Assembly: GCA_039208735.1 (NCBI GenBank)
Contig: JBCCQY010000025.1
Span: 4,784-68,783, forward strand
DNA: 64,000 nucleotides
Origin: Myxococcota bacterium
GTDB lineage: Bacteria > Myxococcota_A > UBA796 > GCA-2862545
Direction of reading: 5' to 3'
The stretch's first letter is position 1, and each line of letters opens with the position of its first letter. Shown piece after piece: positions 26,025-37,996 of this stretch. Below the pieces are notes generated by a model. It made no database searches. It worked only from the letters and a program-made list of their open reading frames with translations, and was not told the origin of the DNA. The position numbers and the translations under genes were made by a program.

Positions 26025-26627
26025 GTGGCACGGGGCTGCGGCTGCTTCATTCCGCTTGCCATGACGGTCCTGGGCTTCGGGTTCGGAGTCCAAGCGCTGA
26101 CCGTGTTGTCGACCAATCCAGAGCCCACCCAGGTTCCTTGCGCCGATTTGGTCGACCAGCCCCCCCCGGCAGACTGGCTGCGGCTCGAGCGGTGCGAGGC
26201 CGACCCGGTCGTCGCCTTGCACCTTGGCCAGGGGCACCCGAGAGAAGCGTGGGCGGTGCTTCGCTCCACGGGAGCCACGAGCGACGATCCGGTCCACATC
26301 ATTGTTGAAATCGACGATCGTGAACTGCTTTCGAGGATGCCTCTCGACGGAACCCTGACGGAGGAGCTGCAAGAGTCGCTGGCGATCAGCGAAGGACGCG
26401 TGAGGGGCAGCGATGGGCTTGGCATGCGCGCGCGTACCCTACTCGACCAGGCCGGCTTCGAGGTTGCCCCCGACGTGGTGGTTCTGCGCTGGGGCGATCG
26501 GCCGACGCTGATGGCGGTGGTGGCCTGGCTAGGGCTGGGAGGCCTTGGCGTTGTCGCTTTGGCGGTGACCGTTCTGTCCATCCTGATGCCCACCCACGAC
26601 TCCGAGAGGACGTCCGCGGTATCGTGA
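26025..26627 (+). CDS. Hypothetical membrane protein (two TM segments flanking a ~150-aa domain)
   Basis: Hydrophobic N-terminal (FIPLAMTVLGFGFGVQALTVL) and C-terminal (LMAVVAWLGLGGLGVVALAVTVLSIL) segments. No motif recognised. Confidence 0.45.
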   Translation: MARGCGCFIPLAMTVLGFGFGVQALTVLSTNPEPTQVPCADLVDQPPPADWLRLERCEADPVVALHLGQGHPREAWAVLRSTGATSDDPVHIIVEIDDRELLSRMPLDGTLTEELQESLAISEGRVRGSDGLGMRARTLLDQAGFEVAPDVVVLRWGDRPTLMAVVAWLGLGGLGVVALAVTVLSILMPTHDSERTSAVS

Positions 26628-26643
26628 CGCCGCTGGAGGCAGC

Positions 26644-27330
26644 ATGCTGTGGATGATCGCGACGGCCGCGTGGGCCGCCTATCCGACCCCAGACCGGCCC
26701 TACGTCACCCGCAGCGGCGCGCTCGTGGCGGCCAATACCCTCGAACTCGAGCTTGGGTACCGCTACTTGAACGTGAGCCAGGTGCCGGCGGCGCTCAAAT
26801 ACACGGTAAAGGGCGGTGTGGTCGAAGCGCGCGTGGAAGCGAATCTTTCGGGCGTGGGTCAGAATGCGCCCGATCTCCTTGCCGGGATGAAGGTCAAGTT
26901 GCTGCGACAAGAGCGAAACAGCCTCGCGTTGTGGGCCGCTTCGGCGGTGCCGGTGGGGGAGGGTGAAGCCTGGCGCGGCGAGCTGCACCTGCTGTTCACC
27001 ACCGTTCTGAGCAGCGCGGTGGGCCTCCGTGTCGAATCGGGCATCGACTTTGTTGGGGGCGACGGCATCAATTTCGGAGGGGTGCCGCTGAATGCCGCGG
27101 TGACGTACCATCCCGTTCGTCGATTTGGGCTCATCGGCGAAGTGTCAGGCGTCATCGGGAGCCCAGGCTGTGACGACCGCTGCATCTACGGCAATGCCCA
27201 GGTGATGGCGGGGATTCGCGGTCGCCTGACCGAACTGTTGGTGGTCGATGCGTCGGGCGGCTACGCGTTCACCCCCGACGAACCCTTTGTGGGCGTGGGG
27301 TTCACTTCGAACTTTGGCAGGGTTGAGTAG
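26644..27330 (+). CDS. Putative outer-membrane beta-barrel protein
   Basis: Signal-like N-terminus, alternating hydrophobic beta-strand pattern, C-terminal ...GVGFTSNFGRVE. Assignment is by composition only. Confidence 0.45.
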   Translation: MLWMIATAAWAAYPTPDRPYVTRSGALVAANTLELELGYRYLNVSQVPAALKYTVKGGVVEARVEANLSGVGQNAPDLLAGMKVKLLRQERNSLALWAASAVPVGEGEAWRGELHLLFTTVLSSAVGLRVESGIDFVGGDGINFGGVPLNAAVTYHPVRRFGLIGEVSGVIGSPGCDDRCIYGNAQVMAGIRGRLTELLVVDASGGYAFTPDEPFVGVGFTSNFGRVE

Positions 27331-27333
27331 ACA

Positions 27334-28635
27334 GTGGTGGTCGGGCTCTGGTGGACGCTTGGGGGTTGCCTCGGGCTGGGAGAAACGGTTCCCCCGGCCC
27401 CGCCGCTTGCGGTGGATCACGGGGTGGATGTGGCCAAAAAGCGCATCCGCATCGGGGCCCTCAACGATGAGTCCGGCCCTGCCAAGGCCATCGGCCATCC
27501 GTTTGCGGTGGGCAAGCGGGTGCTGGTGGCGGCCGTCAATGCGGGCGGCACCGGGGTGCTGCCCGATGGATGGACCGTCGAACTCGTCGAGCGCGATCAC
27601 GGCTACGTGCCCAAGGAGGCGCAGCGTGCCCTTCAGACCCTTCGTGACGACGTACTCTTTGTGTCGACGAGTTTTGGCACCGACCACACCCTGGCCCTTC
27701 AAGAGGGGTTGAGTGCGGCGAACCTCATGGCGTTTCCGGCTTCGCTGTCGACCGCCCTTCAGGGTCATGCCCTGACCCCACCATTGGGCGCTTCCTACGA
27801 GGCGGAAGCGCGGCGTGCTGTCGACTACCTGATCGACGATGCCGATGGACGTCCCGTACGAATCGCGGTGATTCATCAAGACGATGCCTACGGCCGAGAC
27901 GTGGCGAAGGGAGCCGCACGCGGTGCGCAGGACTACGCGTTGTCGGTCACGCTGGCCCTTCCCATTGCGGGGCCTGGCGATCCCGAGGCCTTGAGCGATC
28001 AGCTCTCCAAATCCTCGATTACCCACGTGGTGCTCGGCACATTGCCGCCGCTGACCCTCGGGTTGCTCGAAGCAGCGGTGTCTCGTTCGTCCGAAATCGC
28101 TTGGGTGGGGACGACCCCTGCGTGGAGTGATGCATTTGAGGCTCGCCCTGATGCCAAGGAGCTTCTCGCGCGGTACGCCCAGGCCTCTTCGTTGCCGTTT
28201 TGGGGCGAAGAAGTCCCGGGAATGACCGAATTTGAAAAGGCGTTTGCCACTCATGCACCAGGCGAGACCCCCGACGGCTACGTGCTCATGGCGTACGTGC
28301 AAGGCATGGTGCAACTCGAAGCCGTGCGAGAGGCGATCGAGGCGGGAGACGTGACCCGACAGGGGTACCGCAAGGCGCTCGGCGGGCTCCACCATGTCGA
28401 TGCACACGGCATGTTGGGTGCGCTGGATCTGTCCCGTTTGCCCGGGGCCGTTACCGAGCGCGTGCGCATTCTGAAGCCTCGACTCGCAACGGAAGGGCCT
28501 CGCTTTGCTGAGGTTCTGCCACAGACGAGGCCCGGACCGCGCCGCGAGCGCCCGGGGCAAGCGGCGATGGACGATGAGGCGAGTTCGGGGAGCTACCCGG
28601 GTGAGGGGGCGGACGAACTCGACGCCGAGCCGTAG
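27334..28635 (+). CDS. LivK-like (Peripla_BP_6) substrate-binding lipoprotein with no adjacent ABC permease/ATPase
   Basis: Lipobox LGGC. IRIGALNDESGPAKAIG, AVIHQDDAYGRD are patterns typical of branched-chain amino acid type binding proteins. Confidence 0.7.
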   Translation: MVVGLWWTLGGCLGLGETVPPAPPLAVDHGVDVAKKRIRIGALNDESGPAKAIGHPFAVGKRVLVAAVNAGGTGVLPDGWTVELVERDHGYVPKEAQRALQTLRDDVLFVSTSFGTDHTLALQEGLSAANLMAFPASLSTALQGHALTPPLGASYEAEARRAVDYLIDDADGRPVRIAVIHQDDAYGRDVAKGAARGAQDYALSVTLALPIAGPGDPEALSDQLSKSSITHVVLGTLPPLTLGLLEAAVSRSSEIAWVGTTPAWSDAFEARPDAKELLARYAQASSLPFWGEEVPGMTEFEKAFATHAPGETPDGYVLMAYVQGMVQLEAVREAIEAGDVTRQGYRKALGGLHHVDAHGMLGALDLSRLPGAVTERVRILKPRLATEGPRFAEVLPQTRPGPRRERPGQAAMDDEASSGSYPGEGADELDAEP

Positions 28636-28657
28636 TCTTACTCACGACCATCCTTCG

Positions 28658-31105
28658 TTAGCCGCCCCGCAACCCCACACCGATGCGAATGATGTCGGCC
28701 AGAACGCCGCTTGCGGTGACCGCTCCCCCCGCTCCGGCTCCACTGACGACCAATGGATGGGTCGCATACCGCTCGGTGTAGAACGCGACCATCGACTGGC
28801 TCGATGACAAGGCGAAGGCAGGATGACCTTGCCCCACGGTCGTCACCCCAACCTTCAGCACGGGGGTGGCCGCAGGATCGATGACGGCGAGGTAACGGAG
28901 GACTTCGCCGCGCCCCCGCGCGGCGGAGACCCGGTCTGCGAGCCCTTGTCGGGCATCTTTGAGCGCCTCGAGAAACGCCTCAACTTCCGGGATGTCGAGC
29001 AGGGTGGCGTCGACGAGAGGTTCGATTTCGACTTGGTCCATTTCGAGGTCGAGCCCAAGACGTCGGGCCAGGATGAGCGCCTTGCGCGCAGCATCGACGC
29101 CTCCGAGGTCCTCTTGGGGGCGAGGTTCGGTAAATCCCCGTTCCCGGGCATCTGCGACCGCTTGATCGACCGGGACGCCCTTCGAAAGCTCGTCGCATAG
29201 ATAGCCGAGCGTCCCCGACAACGAACCGACGATGCGATTGACGACATCGCCAGTCTGGATCAGCGTATCGAGGGTGGAGAGCACAGGGAGGGCCGCGCCC
29301 ACGGTGGTTTCGTGTTGGTACGATCGGTGGGCGCGTCTGGCGGCATCGCGGAGTGCCGCGGCCTCCTCGCCTGCGATGGTCAGCGGCTTCTTATTGGCGG
29401 CCACCACGTGGATGCCCCGCGCGAAGGCTTCGCGGTACAGCGCTTCCATCCCCGCTGCGGCGGTGCAGTCGACAAGGATGGGAACCGGCAACCGGGCCAA
29501 TTGATCGAGCACATCCGAGGTCACGGGACCGTGGGGTCCAAAGGCCGTCTCCGCCTGTTGGGACCAGGTATCGGCGTGAAGTCCCTCGGCGTCGAAGGCT
29601 AGCTTAGCGCTCGTAGCTACGCCCACGAGCTGGGGGTCGATGCGCAAAGACGTCCGTAGGGCATGCCGTTGGTCACTGATTTGGGTGAGCAGCTGCGATC
29701 CGACGACCCCCGTGCCGAGCAACACGATGGACAGGGGGGTGTGGGTCAGGTGGAACGCAGCGTGAACGGTCCGTACCGCCGTCACCAGGTCGGCATGATC
29801 GACCACGCAGGAGATCGACCGAGCGGTGGCGGATTGACCGATCGTGTGGACGTTCACGCCGATCTGGCCGAGTGCCGCGAACATGCGGCCGGCCACATTT
29901 GGGGTGCGGCCCATCGCTTCTGCGACCAGCGTCAAGAGCGCGACTGGGGTTCGCACGCGAATCGATTCGAGCGCTTCGCGGGAAAGCTCGGTGGCGAACA
30001 CCCGCTCGAGTTCGTCTTTCACCGCGTGGGCTTGGGCTTGGGGTACGACGAGCGACAGCGCTTGGCCGTGGGCGGAGTGGGTGACCAGCCACACCTGTTC
30101 GGTGACGGTCTGCAATGCCCGGTGGACCCGTTCCCCGAACTCCGGCGAGTGGTGCCGGTCTCGGAGTCGAAGGTCGAGCAGGGCCAAGTCGGTGACCGAC
30201 GTGACCGAGGTGGCGCGGGTCTCGTCGTCGCTGCCGTGTTGGTCCACGGTCGTGCCAGGGTCCGCGGGGTCGAACGTGTTGCGGACTACCATGGGAATGC
30301 GCGACGCGAGCAGGGGGACCAGGGTGCGAGGATGCAGCACGCGCGCGCCAAAGGTCGCAAGCTCGAGGGCTTCTCCGTAGGTCATCCGCTCGAGGGTTCG
30401 CGCGTCAGAGACGATGGCCGGGTCGGCCGTCATGACCCCCGCCACGTCCGACCAGATCTGAAGCTCCTTGGCGGAAAGGGCGTTGGCCACGAGGGCGGCC
30501 GTGTAATCCGAGCCGCCTCGACCAAGGGTAGTGGTACGACCGTCGCTCGTCGATCCCACGAACCCCATGATGACGGGCACCGCATTACCCAGTGGGATCA
30601 GCGTCTCTCGAAGCGCCGCATAGGACGCCACTTCGTCGACATGGGCTTGGCCGAAGCGGGCATCGGTGCGGCACCAACGCCTCGAATCGATGGGCTGGGC
30701 GGATCCGCCTGCCGCAATGAGGCGTGCGGTGACCACCTCGACCGCCAACATCTCTCCATACGCGAGGACCGAGTCCCGCGTGGCGTCGGAAGCCTCACCA
30801 AGCAGGGCCACGCCGACGAGGAGCTGCCGAATCTCGTCGACGCGGGCCGTGAGCGAGCCCGTCAGATCGTCGGACTGCGCGCATTGCATCGCGGTTTCGA
30901 GGACCTGGTCGAGCTGGGCAAACGCCCCTTGTCGATCGCGGCGCTCGGCGCGGTCTAAGGCTTCGGCGAGTCGGTCGGTGGTGCTTCCCAGGGCCGAGAC
31001 GACCACGGCAGGCTGCTCCTCGGCCATCACCAGGGCGCACACGCGGGTGAGGTTTTCAGGAGAGCCGATCGACGTGCCTCCGAACTTCAAGACGGTCCAG
31101 GTCAC
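28658..31105 (-). CDS. thrA: Bifunctional aspartate kinase / homoserine dehydrogenase
   Basis: GTG start gives (M)TWTVLKFGGTSIGS, followed by ACT regions and a homoserine dehydrogenase half (SIVLLGTGVVGSQL...). GTGA overlap with the metX stop. The track ORF extends 64 codons further upstream into metX. Confidence 0.9.
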   Translation of the reverse strand: MTWTVLKFGGTSIGSPENLTRVCALVMAEEQPAVVVSALGSTTDRLAEALDRAERRDRQGAFAQLDQVLETAMQCAQSDDLTGSLTARVDEIRQLLVGVALLGEASDATRDSVLAYGEMLAVEVVTARLIAAGGSAQPIDSRRWCRTDARFGQAHVDEVASYAALRETLIPLGNAVPVIMGFVGSTSDGRTTTLGRGGSDYTAALVANALSAKELQIWSDVAGVMTADPAIVSDARTLERMTYGEALELATFGARVLHPRTLVPLLASRIPMVVRNTFDPADPGTTVDQHGSDDETRATSVTSVTDLALLDLRLRDRHHSPEFGERVHRALQTVTEQVWLVTHSAHGQALSLVVPQAQAHAVKDELERVFATELSREALESIRVRTPVALLTLVAEAMGRTPNVAGRMFAALGQIGVNVHTIGQSATARSISCVVDHADLVTAVRTVHAAFHLTHTPLSIVLLGTGVVGSQLLTQISDQRHALRTSLRIDPQLVGVATSAKLAFDAEGLHADTWSQQAETAFGPHGPVTSDVLDQLARLPVPILVDCTAAAGMEALYREAFARGIHVVAANKKPLTIAGEEAAALRDAARRAHRSYQHETTVGAALPVLSTLDTLIQTGDVVNRIVGSLSGTLGYLCDELSKGVPVDQAVADARERGFTEPRPQEDLGGVDAARKALILARRLGLDLEMDQVEIEPLVDATLLDIPEVEAFLEALKDARQGLADRVSAARGRGEVLRYLAVIDPAATPVLKVGVTTVGQGHPAFALSSSQSMVAFYTERYATHPLVVSGAGAGGAVTASGVLADIIRIGVGLRGG

Positions 31106-32247
31106 GAATCGATCTCCAGGAGGGTGCCGAGAAGCGTCCCCGGCATGAGGAAGGCGTCGTGGCCATGCGGGCTTGACAGCTCTCGATAGCTGCCGCCAGG
31201 CACGGATTCGCACAACGCACGAAGCAAATGAGGGTGAAACAGCTCGTCGGAGTGGATGCCTACGCCCCGGACATCGTGGAGCCGGGCGCGTCCCCACTCC
31301 CCGTCGGTCGACCAGGATTCGTGGTCATCTCGTGTGGGGCGTGTTTCGAGATCGTGGTGGTCCATCGCATCCAGCATCGACACGTAGGAGGCAGGATCAA
31401 ACCTTGAAACGAGCTTTGCGCCGTGGTGCTGCAGGTAGGTTTGCATGGCATAAGCACCAAAGGGGTGGGTGCCGCGAACCGTTCGCCCTTGCCGCTCTTC
31501 GAGCCCTTGCTCACTGCGGTACGAGAGGTGGGCAAGGGCCCGAGCGAGAGGCAACCCGGCCACGGGGTCCGTGAGTACGGCTTGCCGACCCACGTGATTG
31601 AAGCCCAGGATCCAAGGTGTACTACGAGGGCCACACGCCACCGCGTCGACCGCTTCGAATCGATCGGGCGCCAGCACTTGCATGCAAAGGGCGAGGTTGC
31701 CGCCGATCGAGCCGCCTACCACGCGTTCGACGCGTTTGACGCCCAGTCCATCGAGCGCCAACAGGGTGACCCGGGCTTGGTCCCAGGCCGTGAGGGGAGC
31801 GGGGCGCCAGCTTGGGTTCGGTGGGAGGTTGTTGAGGTCTGGCGGCTCGGGAAGGTCAGACCAGCGCGGAAACGCTGCGTCCGCCGGTCCGTAGGACCCG
31901 TAGCAGGACCCGAGGTGATTCAGGCCGATTAGTCGCGTTTTTGTTGGGTCGTAGGGACCATCTGGCCCGATGAGGAACGACCACCATCCATCGGGCTCGC
32001 CGGCTTGTGCATCGCCCGTCAATGCGTGCATGAACAAGACCGTGGGCACATCTGCCTCGAGCCGCGGCGGGGGGCTTGCCCAAAGCGTTTCAAGCGCCGC
32101 CGCATCTCTTCGAATCGGGCCTGGGTCGATGTCGATGGGGGACAAACCTTCCAGGCCCGGACCTGCCGCCCAACCGCGCACGTGGAGCCCTGGCAAACGG
32201 AGTCCGCATTGCAGTGTCAGTGGCGGTAGCGGAAGGTCGAACTGCAC
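31102..32247 (-). CDS. metX: Homoserine O-acetyltransferase (MetX family, alpha/beta hydrolase)
   Basis: VVGGSIGG nucleophile motif, HALTGD, and position between metY and thrA. Confidence 0.85.
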   Translation of the reverse strand: MQFDLPLPPLTLQCGLRLPGLHVRGWAAGPGLEGLSPIDIDPGPIRRDAAALETLWASPPPRLEADVPTVLFMHALTGDAQAGEPDGWWSFLIGPDGPYDPTKTRLIGLNHLGSCYGSYGPADAAFPRWSDLPEPPDLNNLPPNPSWRPAPLTAWDQARVTLLALDGLGVKRVERVVGGSIGGNLALCMQVLAPDRFEAVDAVACGPRSTPWILGFNHVGRQAVLTDPVAGLPLARALAHLSYRSEQGLEERQGRTVRGTHPFGAYAMQTYLQHHGAKLVSRFDPASYVSMLDAMDHHDLETRPTRDDHESWSTDGEWGRARLHDVRGVGIHSDELFHPHLLRALCESVPGGSYRELSSPHGHDAFLMPGTLLGTLLEIDS

Positions 32248-32249
32248 GA

Positions 32250-33566
<1,317 letters not shown>

Positions 33567-33912
33567 TCACGCACGCCACAGGACGCCACGACAGGTCGGG
33601 GCCTTGGAGTCTCGGTGGATGGAAGGGAGTTACGGCTGACCACAGCGCCGAGACGCGCAGGGTCAGCTACGACATACAGCAACACCAACAGACGGCGCAG
33701 CAGGCAATGGGCCCTGCGCTCGGACGATGGTGTGGGTGGGTTGTCGGCATCTTCTCGACCTTCCGCGTTCTGTGGAGCGACGTCAAGCGCGTCCGTTTCA
33801 CAGGATGTGTGTCTTCCTGCTGGCGCCAGCGTTATTCGCGGATCCAAACCGATGACCACCGTGGCATTGGCCGCGCGCGGGGTCGGGCTGCGCGTGCCTA
33901 AAATCTACGTGT

Positions 33913-34404
33913 GTGGTGCCGATGGTCGAGGGCGAGGAGACGCCCTTGAATACAAGCTCAAATTCGTCGGTGGTGCCTTCCACGTTGATCGTTGATGACA
34001 ATGAAGCGGACGCGGTCTGGACCAAGCGAACCCTCGAACGGTCGGGTCGCTATGGCGAGATCTTCGTCGAGGAGAGCGGCTCTGACGCGATCGCGCGGTT
34101 CCGCGAATACGAAGCCCGTCGCCAGAAAGAGCCCGCCCGGTGTCCTCCAATGCTCGTCCTGCTCGACATCAACATGCCGGGAATGAATGGCTACGACGTG
34201 CTCAAGGCCTTGCGCGCAAGTCCTCACCGCGCGGATTCGCCTGCGCTTCCGCACCACATTTTCATGCTGTCGTCGTCCGACGATGACTTCGACAAACTCC
34301 TGTCGCGCAGCTTCGAGATGGTGGGCGGGTATTTGGTCAAGCCGCTCTCACCAAGCCAGGCAGCGGACCTCGCGGACCGATTTGGAACGCCAACTCATGA
34401 GTGA
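33913..34404 (+). CDS. CheY-like single-domain response regulator
   Basis: LIVDDNEAD, LVLLDINMPGMNGYDVL, MLSSS, GGYLVKP. Confidence 0.88.
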   Translation: MVPMVEGEETPLNTSSNSSVVPSTLIVDDNEADAVWTKRTLERSGRYGEIFVEESGSDAIARFREYEARRQKEPARCPPMLVLLDINMPGMNGYDVLKALRASPHRADSPALPHHIFMLSSSDDDFDKLLSRSFEMVGGYLVKPLSPSQAADLADRFGTPTHE

Positions 34405-35821
34405 GGTCATCGAGCCGGGTCCAGTCCTCTTCGACCACTTTGCGCGCCTGGCCCACGACCTGCTTGCCGTGGCGACCCTGGATCGGTTCGTTTGGGTGTC
34501 CCCACGTTGGACCACGGTGCTCGGTTGGTCCGAAGCCGAATTGGTGACGCTGCCTTACAACTCCTTTGTGCACCCCAACGATGTGGAGGCAACCGTGGAG
34601 GCGGCCAAGGCGCTGGGCCGTGGTGAGCCCACGGTTCGGTTCATCAACCGGTACCGAACCAAGAGCAACGGGTACCGCTGGCTCGAGTGGAACGCCTCTC
34701 CCGCGGACGATGGCCTTCTGTATTGCATCGCTCGCGACGTGACGGATCGGCAGGCGGTCGAAGAGAAACTTCGCCAGCAAGCTGCACTTGTCACGATGGC
34801 TGAACGCATCTTCCATACGGGGCATTGGTACGTCGACCTCGTGGCCGAAACCGTGTTTTGGTCTCCCGAGGTCTATGCCATTCACGGGCTTGACCCTGAT
34901 CACTTTACGCCATCGCTAGCTCGGGGAATCGACGCCTACCATCCCGATGACCGTGACCTCGTGTCCGTTGCCGTCCAAAGGACCATCGAGCACGGTGAGT
35001 CCTTTGAGTTCGAAGCCCGCATCGTGCGGCCCTCGGCGGAAGTCCGATTGGTCCACTCCGTGGGGCAGGCACACTTCGATTGGACAGGGGCGATTGTCGG
35101 GTTTTATGGTGTCTTCAGGGACATCACAAATGACGAGCGGGTGAAGCGAACCCAGGAACTCGAACAGTTCGCCTACGTCGCTTCGCATGACCTAAGGCAA
35201 CCTGTGCGAACCATCCGTGCGTTCATGGGAGCGCTCGAAGAGGAACACGAACTCGGCCTCGATGAAGAAGGTCAGCGCTTCTGGGGATTTGTGAAACGGG
35301 CGGCCGAGCGACTGGACCACCTGGTCACCGACTTGGCGCGCTACACACGCGCGAGCAAGCGCTCCGAGGCGCAGCCCGTGGATCTGGGTGCGGTGGTGGG
35401 GCGAGCGATCGCCGCCGTCGCGGAGGAGTTTGATCAACGAGGCGGCGGCTTGGGCATCCATGGCACGTTGCCCACGGTCCTCGGCGATCCGGTTCGACTC
35501 GAGCAGGTCTTCGACAACCTGTTTCGCAACTCCCTACGGTTTGCGGGAGAGCGACCGCCTCGCGTCATCCTCTCGTGGGTTCCCGACGCTCAAGAGGGCA
35601 CGGCCACCGTGATTGTGTCGGATCAGGGGCGTGGGTTTGAGCCAGGGGCCGCCGAACTGATCTTCGAGCCCTTTCGCCGCCTCTCCAACGATGACGATGG
35701 TGGGACCGGGATTGGTCTGGCCATCGTTCGGCGTTTGGTCGAGAGCTTTGGGGGGCAGATCTGGGCGCAAAGTCAGCCTAACCTCGGGGCGACGTTTTTT
35801 GTTCGCCTCAAGATTGGGTAG
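34397..35821 (+). CDS. Cytoplasmic PAS-PAS sensor histidine kinase
   Basis: Start ATG 34397 (8-nt overlap with the regulator). Two PAS/PAC modules (NRYRTKSNGYRWLEW; ARIVRPSAEVRLVHSVG). H-box YVASHDLRQPVRTI, N box NLFRNSLRF, DQGRGF, GTGIGLAIVRR. Confidence 0.9.
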   Translation: MSEVIEPGPVLFDHFARLAHDLLAVATLDRFVWVSPRWTTVLGWSEAELVTLPYNSFVHPNDVEATVEAAKALGRGEPTVRFINRYRTKSNGYRWLEWNASPADDGLLYCIARDVTDRQAVEEKLRQQAALVTMAERIFHTGHWYVDLVAETVFWSPEVYAIHGLDPDHFTPSLARGIDAYHPDDRDLVSVAVQRTIEHGESFEFEARIVRPSAEVRLVHSVGQAHFDWTGAIVGFYGVFRDITNDERVKRTQELEQFAYVASHDLRQPVRTIRAFMGALEEEHELGLDEEGQRFWGFVKRAAERLDHLVTDLARYTRASKRSEAQPVDLGAVVGRAIAAVAEEFDQRGGGLGIHGTLPTVLGDPVRLEQVFDNLFRNSLRFAGERPPRVILSWVPDAQEGTATVIVSDQGRGFEPGAAELIFEPFRRLSNDDDGGTGIGLAIVRRLVESFGGQIWAQSQPNLGATFFVRLKIG

Positions 35822-37264
35822 CTAGCGGTTTTCAAAGCGCTCGCCAAGGCGGGCAAGCAGCTTTTGGTGGAGCCCCCCGAACCCTCCGTTTGAGAGGATG
35901 GCGACGACGTCTTTGGGATTGGCCTGCAGGGCTACGGTTTGCGCAATTGTATCGGCATCTTCAAGGGTGGATGCATCGATTCCGCGGTCGCTCAATTCAC
36001 GCACGAGCCGGTCGGCCGAAAACCGTTCATCCTCGGGAATTCGGCTCTGATCATGAGGCCGCGCCACAATCACCTTGTCAGCATTACCGAAGGCCTCGGC
36101 ATACTCCTGCTGAAAGACCGCGCGTCGCGAAGTTGCGCTACGCGGCTCCCATACTGCCCAAAGGCGACGCTCGCCAAATCGCTGACGCAACGCGTCAAGG
36201 GTCAGGGAAACGGCCGTAGGGTGGTGGGCAAAGTCGTCGATGACGGTCACTTCGCCGGGTTCCCCGATGACCTCTTGCCGACGTCGAATCCCTTGGAACC
36301 CTTCGAATCCAGGAACGAGTTCCCCTGGTGTGACCCCATACGCGGTGGCTGCGGCGGTGGCGGCCACCTGATTGTAGAGGTTGTGTTCGCCGACGAGGAA
36401 GCTTTCGAAGGTTCCGACGGGTTGTCCGTAGCGAAGCACTGTGAACGTCATCGTGCCCTTGTCGGTATCGATCCCATCGACACGACCATCCCACTCTTGC
36501 CCCTTGCCATAGGTCCAGACTCGGGCTGCGCACTCCCGAGCCACATCGGCAGCCCCTGGGTCGTCGCCCCGAACGATCAACGTGCCGTCCGGAGGCAGGA
36601 TGTGCATGAGCTTCCGGAAGCTCTCCTTGACGTGGTCGAGGTCGCGGTAGATGTCGGCATGGTCGAACTCGACCGAGGTAAGGATGCAGGTCTTGGGACG
36701 GTAGTGGAGGAATTTCGGTCCTTTGTCGAAAAACGCGGTGTCGTATTCGTCGCCTTCGACGACAAACACCTGCCCACTACCCGCGCGTGCGGTGCGGTCG
36801 AAGTTCTTGGCAATGCCGCCGACGAGGAAGCCAGGGTTCCGCTCGGCCGCTTCGAGCAACCAGGCCGTCAGGCTGGTGGTAGTGGTCTTGCCGTGCGTGC
36901 CCGCGACTACGATACTGTGGGCCTCCTTGAGGAAGAGTTCGCCGAAGACCTCGGGAAAGCTCGCATAGTTGAGATTGCTTTGAAGAAGCGTGGCGGCTTC
37001 TTCGTACTCGGCCCGGATCACGTTGCCGACGATGACCAGATCGGGGTTGTGGTCGAGGTTCGAGGCGACGTAGCCTTTCATCACGTCGATCCCGAGGGAC
37101 TCGAGGTAGGTCGACATCGGCGGGTAGACCTCGCCCTGATCAGATCCCGTGACGGTGTAGCCTGCGTCCTTGAGCATTCCGGCCAGGGCGGCCATGGCGG
37201 TGCCGGCCACGCCCATCACATGGACGGTGCGGATAGGGGTGGTGGCGTCGATCTGATGCGGCAC
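35822..37264 (-). CDS. mpl: UDP-N-acetylmuramate:L-Ala-gamma-D-Glu-meso-DAP ligase (murein peptide ligase)
   Basis: Mur ligase pattern HVMGVAGTAMAALAGML, GTHGKTTTTSL, FVVEGDEYDTAFFDK. Confidence 0.88.
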   Translation of the reverse strand: MPHQIDATTPIRTVHVMGVAGTAMAALAGMLKDAGYTVTGSDQGEVYPPMSTYLESLGIDVMKGYVASNLDHNPDLVIVGNVIRAEYEEAATLLQSNLNYASFPEVFGELFLKEAHSIVVAGTHGKTTTTSLTAWLLEAAERNPGFLVGGIAKNFDRTARAGSGQVFVVEGDEYDTAFFDKGPKFLHYRPKTCILTSVEFDHADIYRDLDHVKESFRKLMHILPPDGTLIVRGDDPGAADVARECAARVWTYGKGQEWDGRVDGIDTDKGTMTFTVLRYGQPVGTFESFLVGEHNLYNQVAATAAATAYGVTPGELVPGFEGFQGIRRRQEVIGEPGEVTVIDDFAHHPTAVSLTLDALRQRFGERRLWAVWEPRSATSRRAVFQQEYAEAFGNADKVIVARPHDQSRIPEDERFSADRLVRELSDRGIDASTLEDADTIAQTVALQANPKDVVAILSNGGFGGLHQKLLARLGERFENR

Positions 37265-37324
37265 AGTTCCTCCGTCTCTTGGTCACCGTGACACACTCGG
37301 CGGTTCGGAGCCCGGAGTTGGGAG

Positions 37325-37996
37325 CTACCGGTATTTCGCGAGGGCGTAGAGGATCCGGACGCCTGCCTTGGCCGCACCCCTGAGGTTGCCGCTGATCTTG
37401 GACTCGCCGAGCACCCGCTTGTGGTATGGCAACGGGATCTCACGGATGCGTAGGCCATGCTTGATGGCCTTCAACTGCATCTCGACGTTCCAGCCCCAGG
37501 TCGGATCCTCCATCTGCAGGGACTCGAGGCTCGTCCATCGGATGGCCCGGAAGGGCCCCATGTCGGAAAAACGAAACCCAGTTTGCAAAGCGATGAGTTC
37601 GGTGGCGAGTCGGTTCCCAAACCGCTGCACGAAGGTCATGGCGCCACGTTCGGCAGTTTGGGTGCGATCGGACTGCACAAGGTCGGCTTCGTCATCGATG
37701 ATGGGCTGCACGAGTTTGGGCAGGGTCTCGGGTGGATCGGCATGGTCGGCGTCGAGGATGACGAGCACATCGGGTGGATCGGGTCGAAAGTGGGCCATTC
37801 CAGCCTGGACGGCCGTGCCGTAACCCCGTGGGGAGGCCCGGATTGCCTCGACGCCGCACTCTCGGGCGACCCTCGCGGTGCCGTCGGTCGATCCGTTGTC
37901 GACCACCACGCAACGGTCGACCGGAGGGAGGGCTTGGAGCACTCCAGGGAGGCTCTGCGCCTCGTTGAGCGCGGGGATGACAACGTAGACCTTCAT
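37325..37996 (-). CDS. Family 2 glycosyltransferase (polyprenol-phosphate glycosyltransferase-like)
   Basis: MKVYVVIPALNEAQSL, VVDNGSTDGT, ILDADHAD (DxD). ATGA overlap with the kinase stop. The track ORF 37325..38494 N-terminal extension is an alternative frame of the kinase gene. Confidence 0.85.
   Translation of the reverse strand: MKVYVVIPALNEAQSLPGVLQALPPVDRCVVVDNGSTDGTARVARECGVEAIRASPRGYGTAVQAGMAHFRPDPPDVLVILDADHADPPETLPKLVQPIIDDEADLVQSDRTQTAERGAMTFVQRFGNRLATELIALQTGFRFSDMGPFRAIRWTSLESLQMEDPTWGWNVEMQLKAIKHGLRIREIPLPYHKRVLGESKISGNLRGAAKAGVRILYALAKYR

Noticed and set aside
26022-26036. TGGCACGGGGCTGCG as a possible sigma-54 promoter
   Set aside because: The -12 element is TGCG rather than TTGC and is off by one position. 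The site overlaps the GTG start of the ORF at 26025, so it is coding rather than promoter sequence.
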